The position numbers were made by a program, and so were the translations under genes. Below, one piece after another: positions 14,024-31,178 of a stretch of DNA of 64,000 bases; the first letter of the stretch is position 1, and each line of letters opens with the position of its first letter. This stretch comes from Octopus vulgaris (taxonomy: Eukaryota), in the NCBI GenBank assembly GCA_951406725.2, contig OX597836.1, forward strand, positions 24,242,001-24,306,000, written 5' to 3'. The notes beneath the pieces are model-generated. The model saw only the letters and a list, made by a program, of their open reading frames with translations, was not told the origin of the DNA and did not search any database.

Positions 14024-14825
14024 ATATGGGTGTATACTTGTGTGCATATATCTATATGTGTATGATAAATTATGCTCATTAAAACTAACGTTTTGAAGCT
14101 ATTAAAATTACATTTTCTACCATTAGTGATATGAAAAATTTTTAAATTTCTTGTAACTAAATAGCAATACAGTGCCCTCATTATAGAAGTGGGAGGTTTT
14201 AAGTTGGAGAGAAATCCAATCTAAATCTAACACTTAGTTCTAAGTCACCGGTTCTCAGTCATTTCTTTATTATTGGGGGGACAACTCTCTCACAAGCAAT
14301 ATTTTCTTTACAGCAATTTTGCAACACATTGTTTTGGACTTATTTAACTTGTTGATGTTGTCATTGCCCTCATTTTAAGAATGAATCCAAATGAGAAGCA
14401 ACGTATCAGTCTGAGTAACTTGCATTCTCTTAATTATTGTGTTTGATGTTTTATCTTAGGAATCGGCGTTGGCGTTCCGAAAAGCATTGTTCCTGCCTGT
14501 ATATTCTAAAAAGTTAATTGCAATTACAATGTTAACATGAAAAATATGACTGGATTTCTGTTGTGATGAGAACCACAGAAACAGCCACCTATGAAATCAA
14601 AGGAAAATGAGACGTTAATTGGATACAAACAGCTGGATTTATAAGGAGAACGTATTTTATTTGAGAGCAACTAAGTCACTGATTAAAAGATATAAATACA
14701 TTTTGAAACCGATTTTATTTTCCTTGCTTCTATAATAAGACTGTACCGTGTGAATAAATTTTAAATAGTTGAACATTCTGCCTTTCACTTTCTTTTATTC
14801 CCCAACTCACCACCTTGCAAAGATA

Positions 14826-14880
<55 letters not shown>

Positions 14881-14961
14881 CTAGCTAAATAGATAGATAG
14901 ATATAGAATTCCTCTTGATTCACTGAGAAGCAACAATTTACAGAAACCGATGCGTAAATGT

Positions 14962-15350
14962 AGGATGGAAGCACTCCGTCGGTTACGACGACGAGGGTTC
15001 CGGTTGATCCGAATCAACGGAACAGCCTGCTCGTGAAATTAACGTGCAAGTGGCTGAACACTCCACAGACACATGTACCCTTAACGTAGTTCTCGGGGAT
15101 ATTCAGCGTGACACAGAGAGTGACAAGGCCGGCCCTTTGAAATACAGGTACAACAGAAACAGGAAGTAAGAGTGAGAGAAAGTTGTGGTGAAAGAGTACA
15201 GCAGGGATCACCACCATCCCCTGCCGGAGCCTCGTGGAGCTTTAGGTGTTTTCGCTCAATAAACACTCACAACGCCCGGTCTGGGAATCGAAACCGCGAT
15301 CCTATGACCGCGAGTCTGCTGCCCTAACCACTGGGCCATTGCACCTCCAC
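14962..15350 (-). mobile_element. SINE family B (tRNA head), full length
   Basis: Minus strand A box TGGCCCAGTGG and B box GTTTCGATTCC; close copies at 18272 and 39130. Confidence 0.9.
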
Positions 15351-16242
15351 GAAAATTAATACATAGTAATTGAAACGATTGTCATTTCCAGCAGTATTCC
15401 AAGTGTTGCGCTTTCAATTATTCAGACGGCAACCTGAAATTTATAAAGAGAGGAGTTTTCTTTTCTTTTTATTTGAACACCCACGGCAAGAAATACCATC
15501 ATTGCTTAAAATTTTGATTATTCTAATTGTTTACACTGCAATTACTTTAGCATCTACTTCGTGATTGTCTCATCCCTACTTTGCACGTACAATGATGTCT
15601 TTTCACCGTTAAGAATGTCTAATCACTTGAAAATATGTCCGTACCATTGTAAGATAATGAGTGAAATTTTCACTCTTTTTATCGAATATATTTACAAATC
15701 ACCAAACTACTGTGTAGTATTAGTAATATGTCTCGATAAGTTGTCGATTACGACAACACTCGCAATCTATCATAAGATTTATGCTCAAGTTTACAACAGA
15801 GTTTTGACAGTTTACAATAAAACACAGGTTATATTTTCAATATTATACGTTTCTAAGTGGAATTCAAGGCCATTGTATTAATTCATAATACTACGCAATC
15901 TGTAGTCTGCTGCGATATTTACATTTCCCATTATGGAACGTGTTGCAGAATGCAATAATATAATACAACGGTATTTTAGAGTGATTTATACGATATTTTA
16001 TATACGAGAACTACGATTACATAATTATTATTTACATTTAATAACAATATGTCACAGGTTATAACTTTTAAAATATTTACATTATAATATGGAACATACA
16101 GGAATTTGACACACGCTTGAATATTATACATATACACACAAAACAAATACGCTCATACACGTACATACATACATACACAAGCACACACATACATATATAT
16201 ATGAGGTGGTGCATCTTATATATACATTAAATTATCATTAAC

Positions 16243-16520
16243 TTATTTCAACGGGGGCACACCCTATTATAACCAGGTGCTGGTTATAATGGGGTGTGCC
16301 CTTGTTGAAATAACTCTTTGCTCGGATAAATTGCAGATTCTTTTGCTAATGCCTCTCGGTAGGGAGATGATTGCAGTGTCTATCTATACAACTAGTTTCC
16401 TCGTCAGGCTTTGTGTATCATCCAGAAAATCGACCCTTTGTTACGTTGGTGGTAAAAGATATTTAGGTCAAATATGCAAGTATATGTGTGTGAGAGTTTT
16501 GAATCCGGGATGATCTGTGA
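16243..16520 (-). mobile_element. Penelope-like RT C-terminal fragment ending in a fold-back
   Basis: Minus strand VDFLD...IISLPRGISKRICNLS, then after a frameshift FNKGTPHYNQHL; resembles the PLE ISKRISxLSS..FNxAxPxYNxAL segment. Confidence 0.65.
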
Positions 16521-16809
16521 TGTTCCGGTAAATACGAACAGATGACTTATTTTTCTCTATTATTCATCTGTATGTGAATATAGAATCCTATCGGATAATG
16601 CTAAATATGCATCTTGATGTAAAATATCCTGAAATGATTACTACTACTTGAAGATGATTACGAAACGGCTGTAATCATATGGAACTCATATAAAAAAAAA
16701 TAAATCTACATTCAACTCACATACCTCTTGATTTTATGACTTTATATATAAATATATATACATAGGTATATATACATATATATACATTTATGTGTGTGTG
16801 TGTGTGTGT

Positions 16810-16860
<51 letters not shown>

Positions 16861-18191
16861 TGTGATGTTAATGGACTAACATAAGGACAGAAGCATGGGA
16901 ATACCAATTAAATACTTTGTGATAATTAGTTACATCTCTTTACCTTCTAACCCCAAACATTCCGGTTCCTTGAGATCACTATCAACAGCATAGGAGGTAA
17001 CTATATGCCTTCCTTTCATGGAGCTATTTATAATCTGTTCGAATACACCAGAGATCAATAAAATGAAATTCAGCTACCGGGATCGATTAAGTCACTTATA
17101 CACTGCCACACCCAAAATAGTCGGCCTTAGTGTGGTTGTCGTTCTTCCAACAGTGGAATAATAGAAACTGTAGAATAGAATATTTAGGTTCATCCTTTGA
17201 TCTTGTAAGTGTAATCAACTACAGGTTCTACTTTGTCATTCGTTGCTTGGGAATCAACAAGTATATTACAATGCATGTACTCTAGAGGTACTAATAAAAT
17301 CTTCTGTACACGTCAGAGAAGCTTTTTATTATTATTGTTCATGATGCCATTGAGTGTTTTCTTTTGATGTGGTATTTACAAACACCTATTCGACAAATTT
17401 TTTGGAAGACATAGCAAGATATCTTTAAGTGAAAAAATACCTGCTTCTGAACAGTTTAGCTTCACGATGAGTACTGAATCTCTGCAACTACAACCAACCG
17501 ACTAACACATTTCTACACCATTCATTCATTCAACTTTACTGAAATGAATGAATGCAGCAGAGAAGTGATTTCATAACTAACGTTTCGATGGCGTGTGTCA
17601 TATATTTAAAGCATCCAATGAACTTCTTCCTTAACAACAAAGGCTGGATTTTAGAAGATCAGACAAGTTCCAAACAAACACTACTTTGCGATCTTAGATA
17701 AATAGGCAGAGAGATCTAACTGAGTTTTTAAAACCCATTCACATCGCTTTATGATATATAATACGTTAGTGAGATAGCAGATGGAAAGAAAGGAAAAAGA
17801 AAATGCATACAACTTATACTACTACAATCATCACTACTGCTACTACTACTACCACCACTGTTGCTGCTACTGCTACTGCTACTACTACTACTGCCGTTAC
17901 TACTAAGACGACGACGATGACAACTACACCCACATACGTATACACAAATATCAAAGGAAGTAATTTCATATGAACAAATTCACATTCCACTGAATGGTTA
18001 GTGTAACGTAGTATTTGCTAAGACAAAGCACAATATCGGAAGAGACCCAAATCTCTTCAGTGCAATATCAGAGAGTTGTCTTGAACTGTAATTCGGCATT
18101 TGAGGTAGAGATTACTAAGGTGGAAACATCTTTCGGACGTATAGTGGATGTTGACACAGGGAACGATCACAATATAGTACATACATACATA

Positions 18192-18266
<75 letters not shown>

Positions 18267-18271
18267 CTTAC

Positions 18272-18656
18272 GGCACTCTGTCAGTTACGATGACGAGGGT
18301 TCCAGTTGATCCAATCAACGGAACAGCCTGCTCGTGAAATTAACGTGCAAGTGGCTGAGCATTCCACAGACACGTGTACCCTAACGTAGTTCTCGGGGAG
18401 ATTCAGCGTGACACAGAGTGTGACAAGGCTGGCCCATTGAAATACACGTACAATAGAGACAGGAAAAGAGAGTCAGAGAAAGTTGTGGCGAAAGAGTACA
18501 GCAGGGTTCGCCACCCCACCCCACCCCCACTGCCGGAGCTCCGTGGAGCTTTAAGTGTTTACGCTCAATAAACACTCATAACGCCCGTTCTGGGAATCGA
18601 AACCGCGATCCTGTGACCGCCGCGAGTCCACTGCCCTAACCACTTGGCCATTGCAC

Positions 18657-18659
<3 letters not shown>
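18272..18659 (-). mobile_element. SINE family B, full length
   Basis: Aligns by eye with 14962-15350. Confidence 0.9.
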
Positions 18660-18694
<35 letters not shown>

Positions 18695-18791
18695 TGTAAT
18701 TAGATCAGCTACTAAACGAAACTTCGGCAGACTATGATTGTTTGACAAACTGAACACACATACACACACTTATTCATGTCCATACACTGTA

Positions 18792-18838
<47 letters not shown>

Positions 18839-19689
18839 TGCTTGCGTGCGATGTGTGTATGTGTGAATATGCAAGTAGGTGAGTGAAATACAAGCTATTT
18901 TATTAATTTATTAATAAATAATTATTATTTTTGACTTGGTATAGAGTCAAATTTTATTATAGATGGGGGAGATCATTTGCAATACTCTAGCCGGTGTACG
19001 TACTTTATATCACAAAATATCAGAGGGTCTTATTTTTTTAATTCAATATTCTCCACCCTAAATGATTTAGTATTATTAAAGTTATTCTAAATGACAGTTT
19101 CATTTTTCTTAAATCAATTAAAATTACATCACAGCATTAATTATAATTAGTTTCAAGTGTTGTTTCTGCGTCTAAAGAGGTAAACTCATATTAATATGCA
19201 AGAACTAAATTAAACGATAATCCCTAAATAATTGTTTAATTATTATGAAAAAGAGTTTCTTAATAAATTACATTTGCTACCTAATTATGCTGCTATGTAT
19301 ATCATATTAACACATTGTATGTGTAAGGAGTTCAAGTTAGAATTACTTTCGATAAGGTTTATAAGTTAATGCACCGATCAGGAATAACAAAGAGCAAATA
19401 TCTATGAATATATATGCGCAAGGCGTGCGTGTATGAGTGCGCGCGTGTGTATGTGTAAGTGTAGGTGTGTGTATGTGTAAGTGTAGGTGTACGTATGTGT
19501 GTGCACGCGTGAGTGTGCCTGTAAGTGTGTGTAGGTGGGTATGTAAATTTGTGCAATTGATAGTATCCCCATAGAAGCCTATAAATATGCTGGGAAAATT
19601 CACGCTATAGACCAGCAATTTTTCAGAGCGTTGGCACCCTAGAGATCTTCCCTAGCAATCTAAGGAAGGATAAACAGTCACCATTTACA

Positions 19690-19890
19690 TATGGAAGGTT
19701 GAACAACTATGGAAAGTTCAAATCTGTCGAGTAATTTCACTTCACAAAATTTCAGAGAAAATTCTAACAAAAAACACCGCTCAAGATATTGCAAGCGAAT
19801 TTTTTCAGAAAGTCAGCGTCGATTTGGTTTGTCTAAAAGCACCGATGCGAAGATTTTGACCTCGTGACAAATCAAGGAAAATGTTGTAGA
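19690..19890 (+). mobile_element. Possible Tigger/CENP-B-type HTH remnant
   Basis: TAQDIASEF and SQRRFGLSKSTDAKIL fragments in different frames. Confidence 0.3.
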
Positions 19891-19999
19891 TCAGCATGTA
19901 CCATTTTCTGATTTTTCATTGCTTTTGAGTGGGCTTTCGATAGTGCTGAGTGCTACTAAATTTTTTCTATACTGAGAGTCTCGGGATCAAACCTATTGA

Positions 20000-20093
<94 letters not shown>

Positions 20094-20334
20094 TAACACA
20101 CTTAGTCGCGTTAACAAAGGGATGTGGATTCGAGTTCCACGCGGATGGAAAAGCCTACTTTTTTCTGTCGAAGGCTTACATGCCCCATTATTAGACTACT
20201 TTCCTTAGTCATTGCACAGTGATCGCCATAAGCTATAAGCTTATATAAATACCATTATTATTTACAGGAATGTAAACCTCTGCTCCGTATAACAAAACCA
20301 TTCGCACCGAAATATATATATATATAAGCTAAGT

Positions 20335-20669
20335 TCAACTGTCTAAAGTCGTAAGACACCCGCTGTTTTTGTCCTGTCATTACTATTATTGTTTTTTGTA
20401 TTTATATTCGTGTGGCATCGTCCGTTTTTCTGTCCTTGTTTCGTATACATTCGATCCTTTTCCCAAGAAATCTAATGCTCGTAGCTTAGTTTTTCCTTGG
20501 GGCTGGCTGGTCGGATCGGAGCGATCTCAAGATTAATCAGCCGAAATTGCAAGGATGATCCGGTTCTTGACTGAAGATTAGAGGCTTCGAATGACCCGTC
20601 CGTTTTTGTGTCGTCTATTTGAGTGTTTTGCGTTCTTGTCCCATTTTGTATTTTTTGTATATATTTTTT

Positions 20670-20670
<1 letters not shown>
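20335..20670 (+). mobile_element. Interspersed repeat, probably PLE pLTR-derived; related pieces at ~31205-31365, ~32255-32445 and ~33880-33965
   Basis: Similar T-rich gtcc/gtttt blocks next to (TA)n; degenerate CTGAAGA..CGAAT..GTC near 20571. Confidence 0.4.
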
Positions 20671-20753
<83 letters not shown>

Positions 20754-21059
20754 ATATAATATAATATAATATAAAAAAATATAATATATATGCATATATA
20801 AACATACATATGTACATACATATTTATGCATATAGCTGTGCATATATCGGTACAAGACGTCACGAAAAGGTAAACAAACATGAAATACGAAAACAACGTT
20901 GGGTACGCAAAGAACGTGTTGGGTGGGGGGCTACAAGTTGGTGTGCGTGTGTGCATGTGAGCATCTTTGCTTTTGTGCATGCTTACATAAAAGACTACGT
21001 TTTATGGGAATTATAATTACAGTTATACGAACATAATATATATATGTGTGTGTGTGTGT

Positions 21060-21090
<31 letters not shown>

Positions 21091-21229
21091 TACCTACCGT
21101 CATCTACTAAAAGTCCTTGACGTTAAAGTATGACGATAGGGTTAGACAGAGATGTTTTCTTTGGTCACATGGAGAAAAGAGTTACCAAGGAAAGTTATAA
21201 AGACATCCTAAAGAAATTCCTTGATGTCT

Positions 21230-21640
21230 GTAACGTTGGCTATCGGCAGTAGTCTACTGCAGCAGAGCATACGACAGTCGGTCTCCTCCTTCGAGAATAT
21301 GCATAGCTGTGCTTTTGAGGAGGAAAGAAGACTGAGGAAAGAACCGTGACTCAGCAACATGGAGCTCTGAACAGAATTTCCTTTGGAATCCTTGCAGCTG
21401 GGTCTGCCTCTCCCGTGTTGTTCTCGTCAACCACTAACAAACCTGCAGACCATGATGTAATAGGTCTGGAGGAGGAAACACTGTCTGCGGCCTTTGCAGG
21501 AACTTGTAGCCTTGTGTGACTGATGCCATTGATGTTCTGCTTGAAACGTTTCAAATGAACCCCTGTTAAGACATAAATGAAAAAAAATCCCAGAGAACCG
21601 ACATCTGGGAAGAAGTGGTCGGATGCAATGTTTAGTATAG
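21230..21640 (-). mobile_element. GC-richer interspersed repeat, possibly derived from an RTE UTR
   Basis: Compositional island; ACGGGAGAGGCAG...GGATTCCAAAGG resembles RTE 5' UTR blocks; no ORF. Confidence 0.3.
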
Positions 21641-22407
21641 GGCTATGTGCGTGGTACGAGAAGGACTGTTGAGAGGACCATTAACATCACTCAATTAATT
21701 TAAAGAATATAAGCGTTATACATGAACTACTTGATTTTCGCACAAGATAATGCAGTATTCGGACGTGCTTGTATAGCGTACCGTTTATCATACACTATAC
21801 ATGCCCGTCACGTAAGTCTCTGAGAAAGGAGTTTTGAAATTAACAGTCCAAAAATTGAAACTTTAGCGACAATGTCTGCTCTAACCCTTTTGGGCTCGCC
21901 TGCTGTAAAATACTCTACAACACCACAAATAAATATTTATCCTGAAAATAAGGCCAGGGAAACTGCAAGAGACTTTTACGAAAATAGGGTAAGTTAAAAA
22001 GAAAAGCCTATAACAGCTGTGATTCCAGCACATAATGTCTATAAGTAAAGATGTTCTCCATATGTAAATACATTCATACGTATATGCACATATATTCATA
22101 CAAATATATATATATATATATATATGCATATACATATATATATACGTACAGAAACATTCACGCACGCACAGAGACACACACCACACACACACATACACAC
22201 ATGTTCGCACGTATACACAGACACATTTGGATCTGTGTTTTGTGTGGTTTGGACGTGGTTAAAAGTAGAATACGTACATTTCTATGACGTCAAAGCTGAT
22301 TTACGTCATAAGACTAAGGACTGCAAATCTAAGATTGGTAACTCTGACCGGATTTATGTTTTGGGAGCACGTCTATGCCCTGACGCTTAATAGACACTCA
22401 TACGCAG

Positions 22408-22451
<44 letters not shown>

Positions 22452-22551
22452 ATACACGTATACATACATTCATATACTAATATATGTACTGGCAAATGGA
22501 ATACATGCACATTAAGAGGAGATGGATAGAGACGTTTACTGATATTTAGAG

Positions 22552-24691
<2,140 letters not shown>

Positions 24692-24860
24692 CACACACAC
24701 ATTATCTTGGCCTAAGTATCTATATGCAGGTGTTTTTATGCTTGCGTTATTTGAACGTAACTTTATATAATCACGTGGTTATGTACTCTACATTCATAAG
24801 CACTTGTATACACATATATATGTACGCGTGCGTGAATGTGTGTGTGTGTGTGTGTGTGTT

Positions 24861-24906
<46 letters not shown>

Positions 24907-25019
24907 TATGTGTGTGTGTGTATGCAACCACACGATCACTGCACATGTGAAAATAATATTTTCAGTTTTATACCACACCCCATGCCCATTCTGCTTATAG
25001 TTGAATAAATCTAGAGTCT

Positions 25020-25515
25020 AGAACCTTACCGATCGCTTCAAATGCTGTATCGCCCCAGCAATACCTATTAATATCTCTCCCTGTGAATGCATAACTTCAA
25101 TAGCCACTGCTGCCTCTCAAGGACATTAATTCCTCTTCAGAGCTAAAAGATTAATTTAGCCCCCAACTACTTGTAGAAAGCTCACGATGGGGTGCAATGC
25201 CCGATATCTACTGCCTTCATATCTAACATTGTGCTACTGTAACACATATCAACATCAGACTATATTCACAGCGAGGATATTTCTCTGATATAAAGCCTCT
25301 CACACACTCGCTTTAACCTCTCTGCTTTCTTGATGTTCAGCAACTTCAATGTATTCATCTTGCATGCTCTTCTTAAGCATATTGTCCAGGCCTTTCCCTA
25401 ACGTTGTACTCAATTCTTCTTGTACAGAATTTCTCTCCTCTAAAATATCTTCCATGCAAAGAGTTTTCCTGCAATCATCTGCAATTATATCAGCGAAATC
25501 ATAACGCCATGAATG
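25020..25515 (-). mobile_element. Possible ancient RTE-type RT remnant
   Basis: WRYDFADIIADD...EELSTTLGKGL loosely resembles LYADD...GLxVN. Confidence 0.3.
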
Positions 25516-26029
25516 TCACATGTTTCGGAGAGTTTGGAAACAACATGAGCAAAGTTTCGTTCTCATTGCCTTAACCCTAAACCCCCCCCCACACACACAC
25601 ACACGCACGCACACACACACACACACACACACACGCACGCACGCACGCACACACACACGCACACACATTATAAGCTGCATCGACTGACGATACATCGGAT
25701 TCATTTAAACATTTATGTCTGGCTTTTAACCAAGAGAAGTGGTTCGGTGGTGTCGAACTTTACTCTGACGAATTGAACCTAAATCACACAGTTGTCCAGT
25801 TGGCAGGTCGACAGTGAGTGCCAGTCCCTGCAAATCTTTTCCCGCCCCTCAGCTGAATGCCTCCTGCTTGTTCCAGAACTAGCAAGATTCTCTTTTCGCA
25901 GCCAATAACCGTTTTCGTCTTCCTCTCCCTGAGCTATTAGTATCTGGTATACATGCCGCACCGGAAATGGTCGGACCTGCCAACCTTAATTCTTATATCA
26001 TCGAATCAGATCCTGGTACTTTGTAACTG

Positions 26030-26064
<35 letters not shown>

Positions 26065-26726
26065 TCCTCCCTCCCTCTCTCTCCCTCACTCACTCCCTCT
26101 ATCTCTCTCTCTTTCTCTGTCTCACCTACTCTACGACACGCCAAGGACTCGCTGGTGGGTCGGATCTATGATTATATATTGGATTTGGTACTTGTATCGG
26201 GTTATGCAAAGGCGACTTCAAAAGTCGCTATGCTAACGGCCTATCTTCTTTCTGACACAGACAAAAGTAAAGCCATTCGCCACGTGTAGGTTTTGTAGAC
26301 CAACTCCACGCCACATTCAACCAAGTAGGAATTCATAGAAAGATGCATGTCTTATGTTCACGGATACAAAAAAAAAAAACAATTTAAGTTATGCGTAGCT
26401 GAAAGATCATATATAGCTAAGAATTCCATTGCACTGCTGAATTCCAGATCAGAGGCTTCAGCAAGTGCGAATACGTGGAAAAGTTTCTTTTGGTGAACTT
26501 GAGAACCCTGCCCTCTCCGAGGCTTAATATTGCTCGTGATATTCTGGTGGTGGTTGTGATTGTGTGAGGGTGGCCATAATTATGATAGGGGTTAAGATGA
26601 CACAAATAGTATCTATATCATCATCATCATCATTATCATCATCATCCCCCTTATCATCATTATCATAATCGTCGTCGTCGTCATCATCTCTATCACCAAC
26701 AACATCGTCGCAACTCATTTCTTCAG

Positions 26727-26848
26727 ATGAATGAACTGGAGCAATGTAAAAAAAAGGGGCTTGCTCAAGAACACAACACATAGCCCAGTCTGGGAATCGA
26801 ACTCACAACATCATGATTGTGAGCCCGGCGTTTTAACCACTGAGTCAT
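26727..26848 (-). mobile_element. Partial SINE head related to family B
   Basis: cccagtctgggaatcgaactc...taaccactgagtcat. Confidence 0.7.
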
Positions 26849-26945
26849 AATAACATTTAATAAAGGTAGGTATTTAATAATGATAATGCAGGTCGATTAT
26901 GATGAAAATAGTGAAAAAGATGGTGAAAGTGATCCTGAAAATATC

Positions 26946-27182
26946 TATTTCTTTACTACCCACAAGGGGCTAAACATAGAGGGGGCAAACAAGGACAGAT
27001 AAACGGATTAAGTCGATTTCATTGACCCCCCAGTGCGTAACTGGTACTTAATTTATCGACCCCGAAAGGATGAAAGGCAAAGTCGACCTCGGCGGATATT
27101 GAACCCAGAACGCAACGGCAGACGAAATACGGCTACGCATTTCGCCCGGCGTGCTAACGTTTCTGCCAGCTCGCCGCCAATG
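26946..27182 (-). mobile_element. SINE family C with 17-bp TSD
   Basis: Minus strand TGGCAGAAACG A-like box, GGTTCAATATCC B box and GCCTTTCATCCTTTCGGGGTCGATAAATTAAGTACCAG core; gtgatcctgaaaatatc at 26929-26945 and 27183-27199. Confidence 0.9.
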
Positions 27183-27735
27183 GTGATCCTGAAAATATCG
27201 TTGATGTTCATGATGTGGTTGTTGCTGCTGTTGAGGAGGAGGAGAAGGTGTGGGAAGCAGGAGGATGAACGTGAAATCGTTAGTGATGTAATGCCGACGG
27301 TTTGATGCTAATAATATTTGGTAGGTTGTTACTGAAAATGACGACGATAACGAGGCGGGGATTACCATGAAGGTTACAGTATATGTTCAGAGAATGAGGT
27401 GCTGATAATGGTCACAGCGGAAGTAACAAGTTTAACGACCTTGTTGATGCCTGTGTTAAAATGTCAGCGACACTGATAAGAGCGATGACATTTTTGTTTG
27501 TTTATTATTGTTTCTATCATGCAGCGTGGAGTCAGAGATTAGATGCAAACCATTTTAAATACAACACGCGATATACGGTGCCCAGATGAAAAGAGAGTTC
27601 TGAAGAGGAGTGCCCACTGTTAAACTTATTCCGATTCAGTGCAATGGTGTGTGCAATAGATACGTATCTTCTATATATATTTTTCGAGGCATTTATAGGA
27701 GAAAAGACGTAGTTTTGTTAATACCCATACACACA

Positions 27736-28091
27736 GGCGCAGGAGTGGCCGTGTGGTAAGTAGCTTGTTTACCAACCGCATGGTTCCGGGTTCAGTCCCA
27801 CTGCGTGGCACCTTGGCCAAGTGTGTTCTACTATAGCCTCGGGCCGACCAAAGCCTTGTGAGTGGATTTGCGTGTGTGTGTTTGTGTGTCTGTGTTCGTC
27901 CCCCTAGCATTGCTTGAAAACCAATGCTGGTGTGTTTATGTCCCCGTTACTTAGTGGTTCGGCAAAAGAGACCGATAGAATAAGTACTGGGCTTACAAAA
28001 GAATACGTCCCGGGGTCAAGTTGCTCGATTAAAGGCGGTGCTCCAGCATGGTCGCAGTCAAATGACTGAAACAAGTAAAAGAGTAAAAGAG
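27736..28091 (+). mobile_element. SINE family A, near full length
   Basis: A box TGGCCGTGTGG, B box GGTTCAGTCCC, tail ggcggtgctccagcatgg..cagtcaaatgactgaaacaag followed by (taaaagag)n. Confidence 0.9.
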
Positions 28092-28203
28092 TACACAAGT
28101 ATTTACATAAGAACGGAAGTCCATGTATTTGTGCACGTATGCATGCATATATATGTACATACACGTGTGTATATATATATATATATGTCTATATGTATGT
28201 ATG

Positions 28204-28353
<150 letters not shown>

Positions 28354-28418
28354 ATAAATGTGAGACAAGCTGGAAAAAAGAGTACTCAAATACCAGAGGT
28401 AGAGTAATGTTTTTTTTA

Positions 28419-28506
28419 AACTTGCCTCTCTAATCTCACTTTTTCTTTTCAAGTGATACTTGAAGAAGTTAATGAGAGATTGACCAGAGAGGAAAGTGTT
28501 TGTCTC
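28419..28506 (-). mobile_element. Second short fragment of the Tx1/L1-like element
   Basis: Near-identical to ~29019-29107. Confidence 0.85.
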
Positions 28507-28520
28507 CAAATAGATAGATA

Positions 28521-29636
28521 TGTTTCTTTATTAGCCACACAGGGCTGCACACAGATAGAACAAATTACAAGGTAGAGCTTTTCTTTTGAAGGTTTAAAAA
28601 AAATAATAAATAAATAAAAATAAAAAAATAAAAAAATAAAAAATAAAATAAAATAAAAAAGGGGGGGTCGATCAAAAGGGATCGTAAAAGGAGAGAAAGA
28701 GGACAAAAAAGGGGGAGGTTAAAAAAAGGGGGAGAGGAAAAAAATTGATCAATAGGGATCGTTATCACAGAAATGTCAATATGAAGTGTAAAGGGAGGAC
28801 AGGTGAGGTTTACCCGTGGAAAGAAAAGCCTACGGAAAAGACCACGGTAACCTCGGTCAATGAAGTCACATGTTATATTTCTTTTTTTTTTTTTTTGCAA
28901 ATAAGCAACTCTCTGTATTAATTTTTACGGTTCATAGAATCATAGTCAAGGTGGCTTCGTCATTCATACGTGCCATCCTTGCTACATTCACCCATCTTTT
29001 TAAAACATTCACTAGACAAAACTTGCCTCTCTACTCTCACTTTTTTTCTTCAAGTGATACTTGAAGAAGTTGATGAGAGATTGACCAGAGAGGAAAGTGT
29101 TTGTCTCTAATCCTTTCAGACGCGTCCACCAGATACATTCTTTCGCCATAGCCACAAGTATGATAAAAATAGCTCTTCCTTCCCGTTTGAAGGAAGGAGG
29201 CGTGACGATATTAACGATAGACTCGGCTGATAAACCGACACGTCCCACACGTGACAGCAGTCGTTCGACATAAGCCCACAGGTGGGAAATTGCTGGACAC
29301 TGCACGATTGCGTGCAGAGCGGTTTCGTCGCTCTGCCCGCATCTCGGGCAGGTCGGCCCCGTGTTTCTCGAGCCATGCCTATAGAGCTTATCCCGAACGG
29401 GTAGCGCTTCTCGGTAGCACCGCCGGCCAGGGATCTCTGGAAGTTGTCCGTAGGTCCCGGGCCGAAAGTCGTTTGAAACAGGCGGGTCAGGTATTCCTCG
29501 TCGACGCCCAGGTTTGCCCCGAGCTCGTCGTCGTACCTCCTCCACTAATCCCCTATAGAATGCTTTGGTTGTGTTGAAGTCACTCAAGGTCGACCCGGGA
29601 CGGCAGAGTTGCTTGAGAGCAACGCGACACTCGCGG
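28521..29636 (-). mobile_element. 5'-truncated Tx1/L1-like LINE: ORF2 C-terminal zinc-binding domain plus 3' UTR
   Basis: ALPVRDKL...CPRCGQSDETALHAIVQCP (CCHC, zf-RVT type); apparent frameshifts; AATAAA near the 3' end; (TAGA)n on both sides. Confidence 0.85.
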
Positions 29637-29743
<107 letters not shown>

Positions 29744-29744
29744 C

Positions 29745-29873
29745 TTCGTTCTACCAAATGCACTGACAAGGCTTTGGACGGTCCGAGGCTGTAGTAGAAG
29801 GCACTTGCCTTAAGACTAAACCTGGGACCATGAGGTCGGGAAGTAAACTTCCTGCCACACTGCCACACCTGCA
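29745..29873 (-). mobile_element. SINE family A, head fragment
   Basis: caaggctttgg..tagtagaaggcacttgcc..ccacactgccacacctgc. Confidence 0.75.
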
Positions 29874-29874
29874 C

Positions 29875-30540
<666 letters not shown>

Positions 30541-31121
30541 GCATACACACATATATACATATCGAATATATATTCAATTTCTGATCTTTTAACTCCATCA
30601 TTTTTAACTATATTCATTTCGACACATATACATAATTGTCTAATCCATCGCTTTATATACAAACCTTTCGAAGTGTGCGTTTGAGTGAGTCTGCGTGAAT
30701 GTGTCAGAGAGGGGACTAGTATGTAGTAAACCACAATCTATACACTGGAATTCCTGTTTACACATACCCAAACACTGGCACTATCACTTCTACGTGCCTA
30801 ACGGTGTGTCTGCGAGAGTTTGTGCGAGCTAGTGTGCCGCTGTGCGTGTGTGCCGCTGTGTGTGTGCGCGCGCACAACCCCCCTGCATGCGAATGTGTGT
30901 CTATCTGTCTGATAAGTAGGGAAACATGCACCGTATACAATTATCTCTACCAACTAGCATACATATGTGTGTACACATATATATACCCATATGTGTGTGT
31001 GTGTAGCGAGAGAGACAGAGAGACAGAGAGAGAGAGAGATACGTTTATATATATATATATACTCTTATATATATATATGTATATATATATATATGTATAT
31101 GTATATGTATATATCTATATA

Positions 31122-31178
<57 letters not shown>

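Noticed and set aside
15270-15350. tRNA-like A/B boxes
   Set aside because: SINE head fused to a SINE body; no complete cloverleaf
16390-16408. Minus-strand CTGACGA-G-GAAAC
   Set aside because: No stem II; lies within RT-derived sequence
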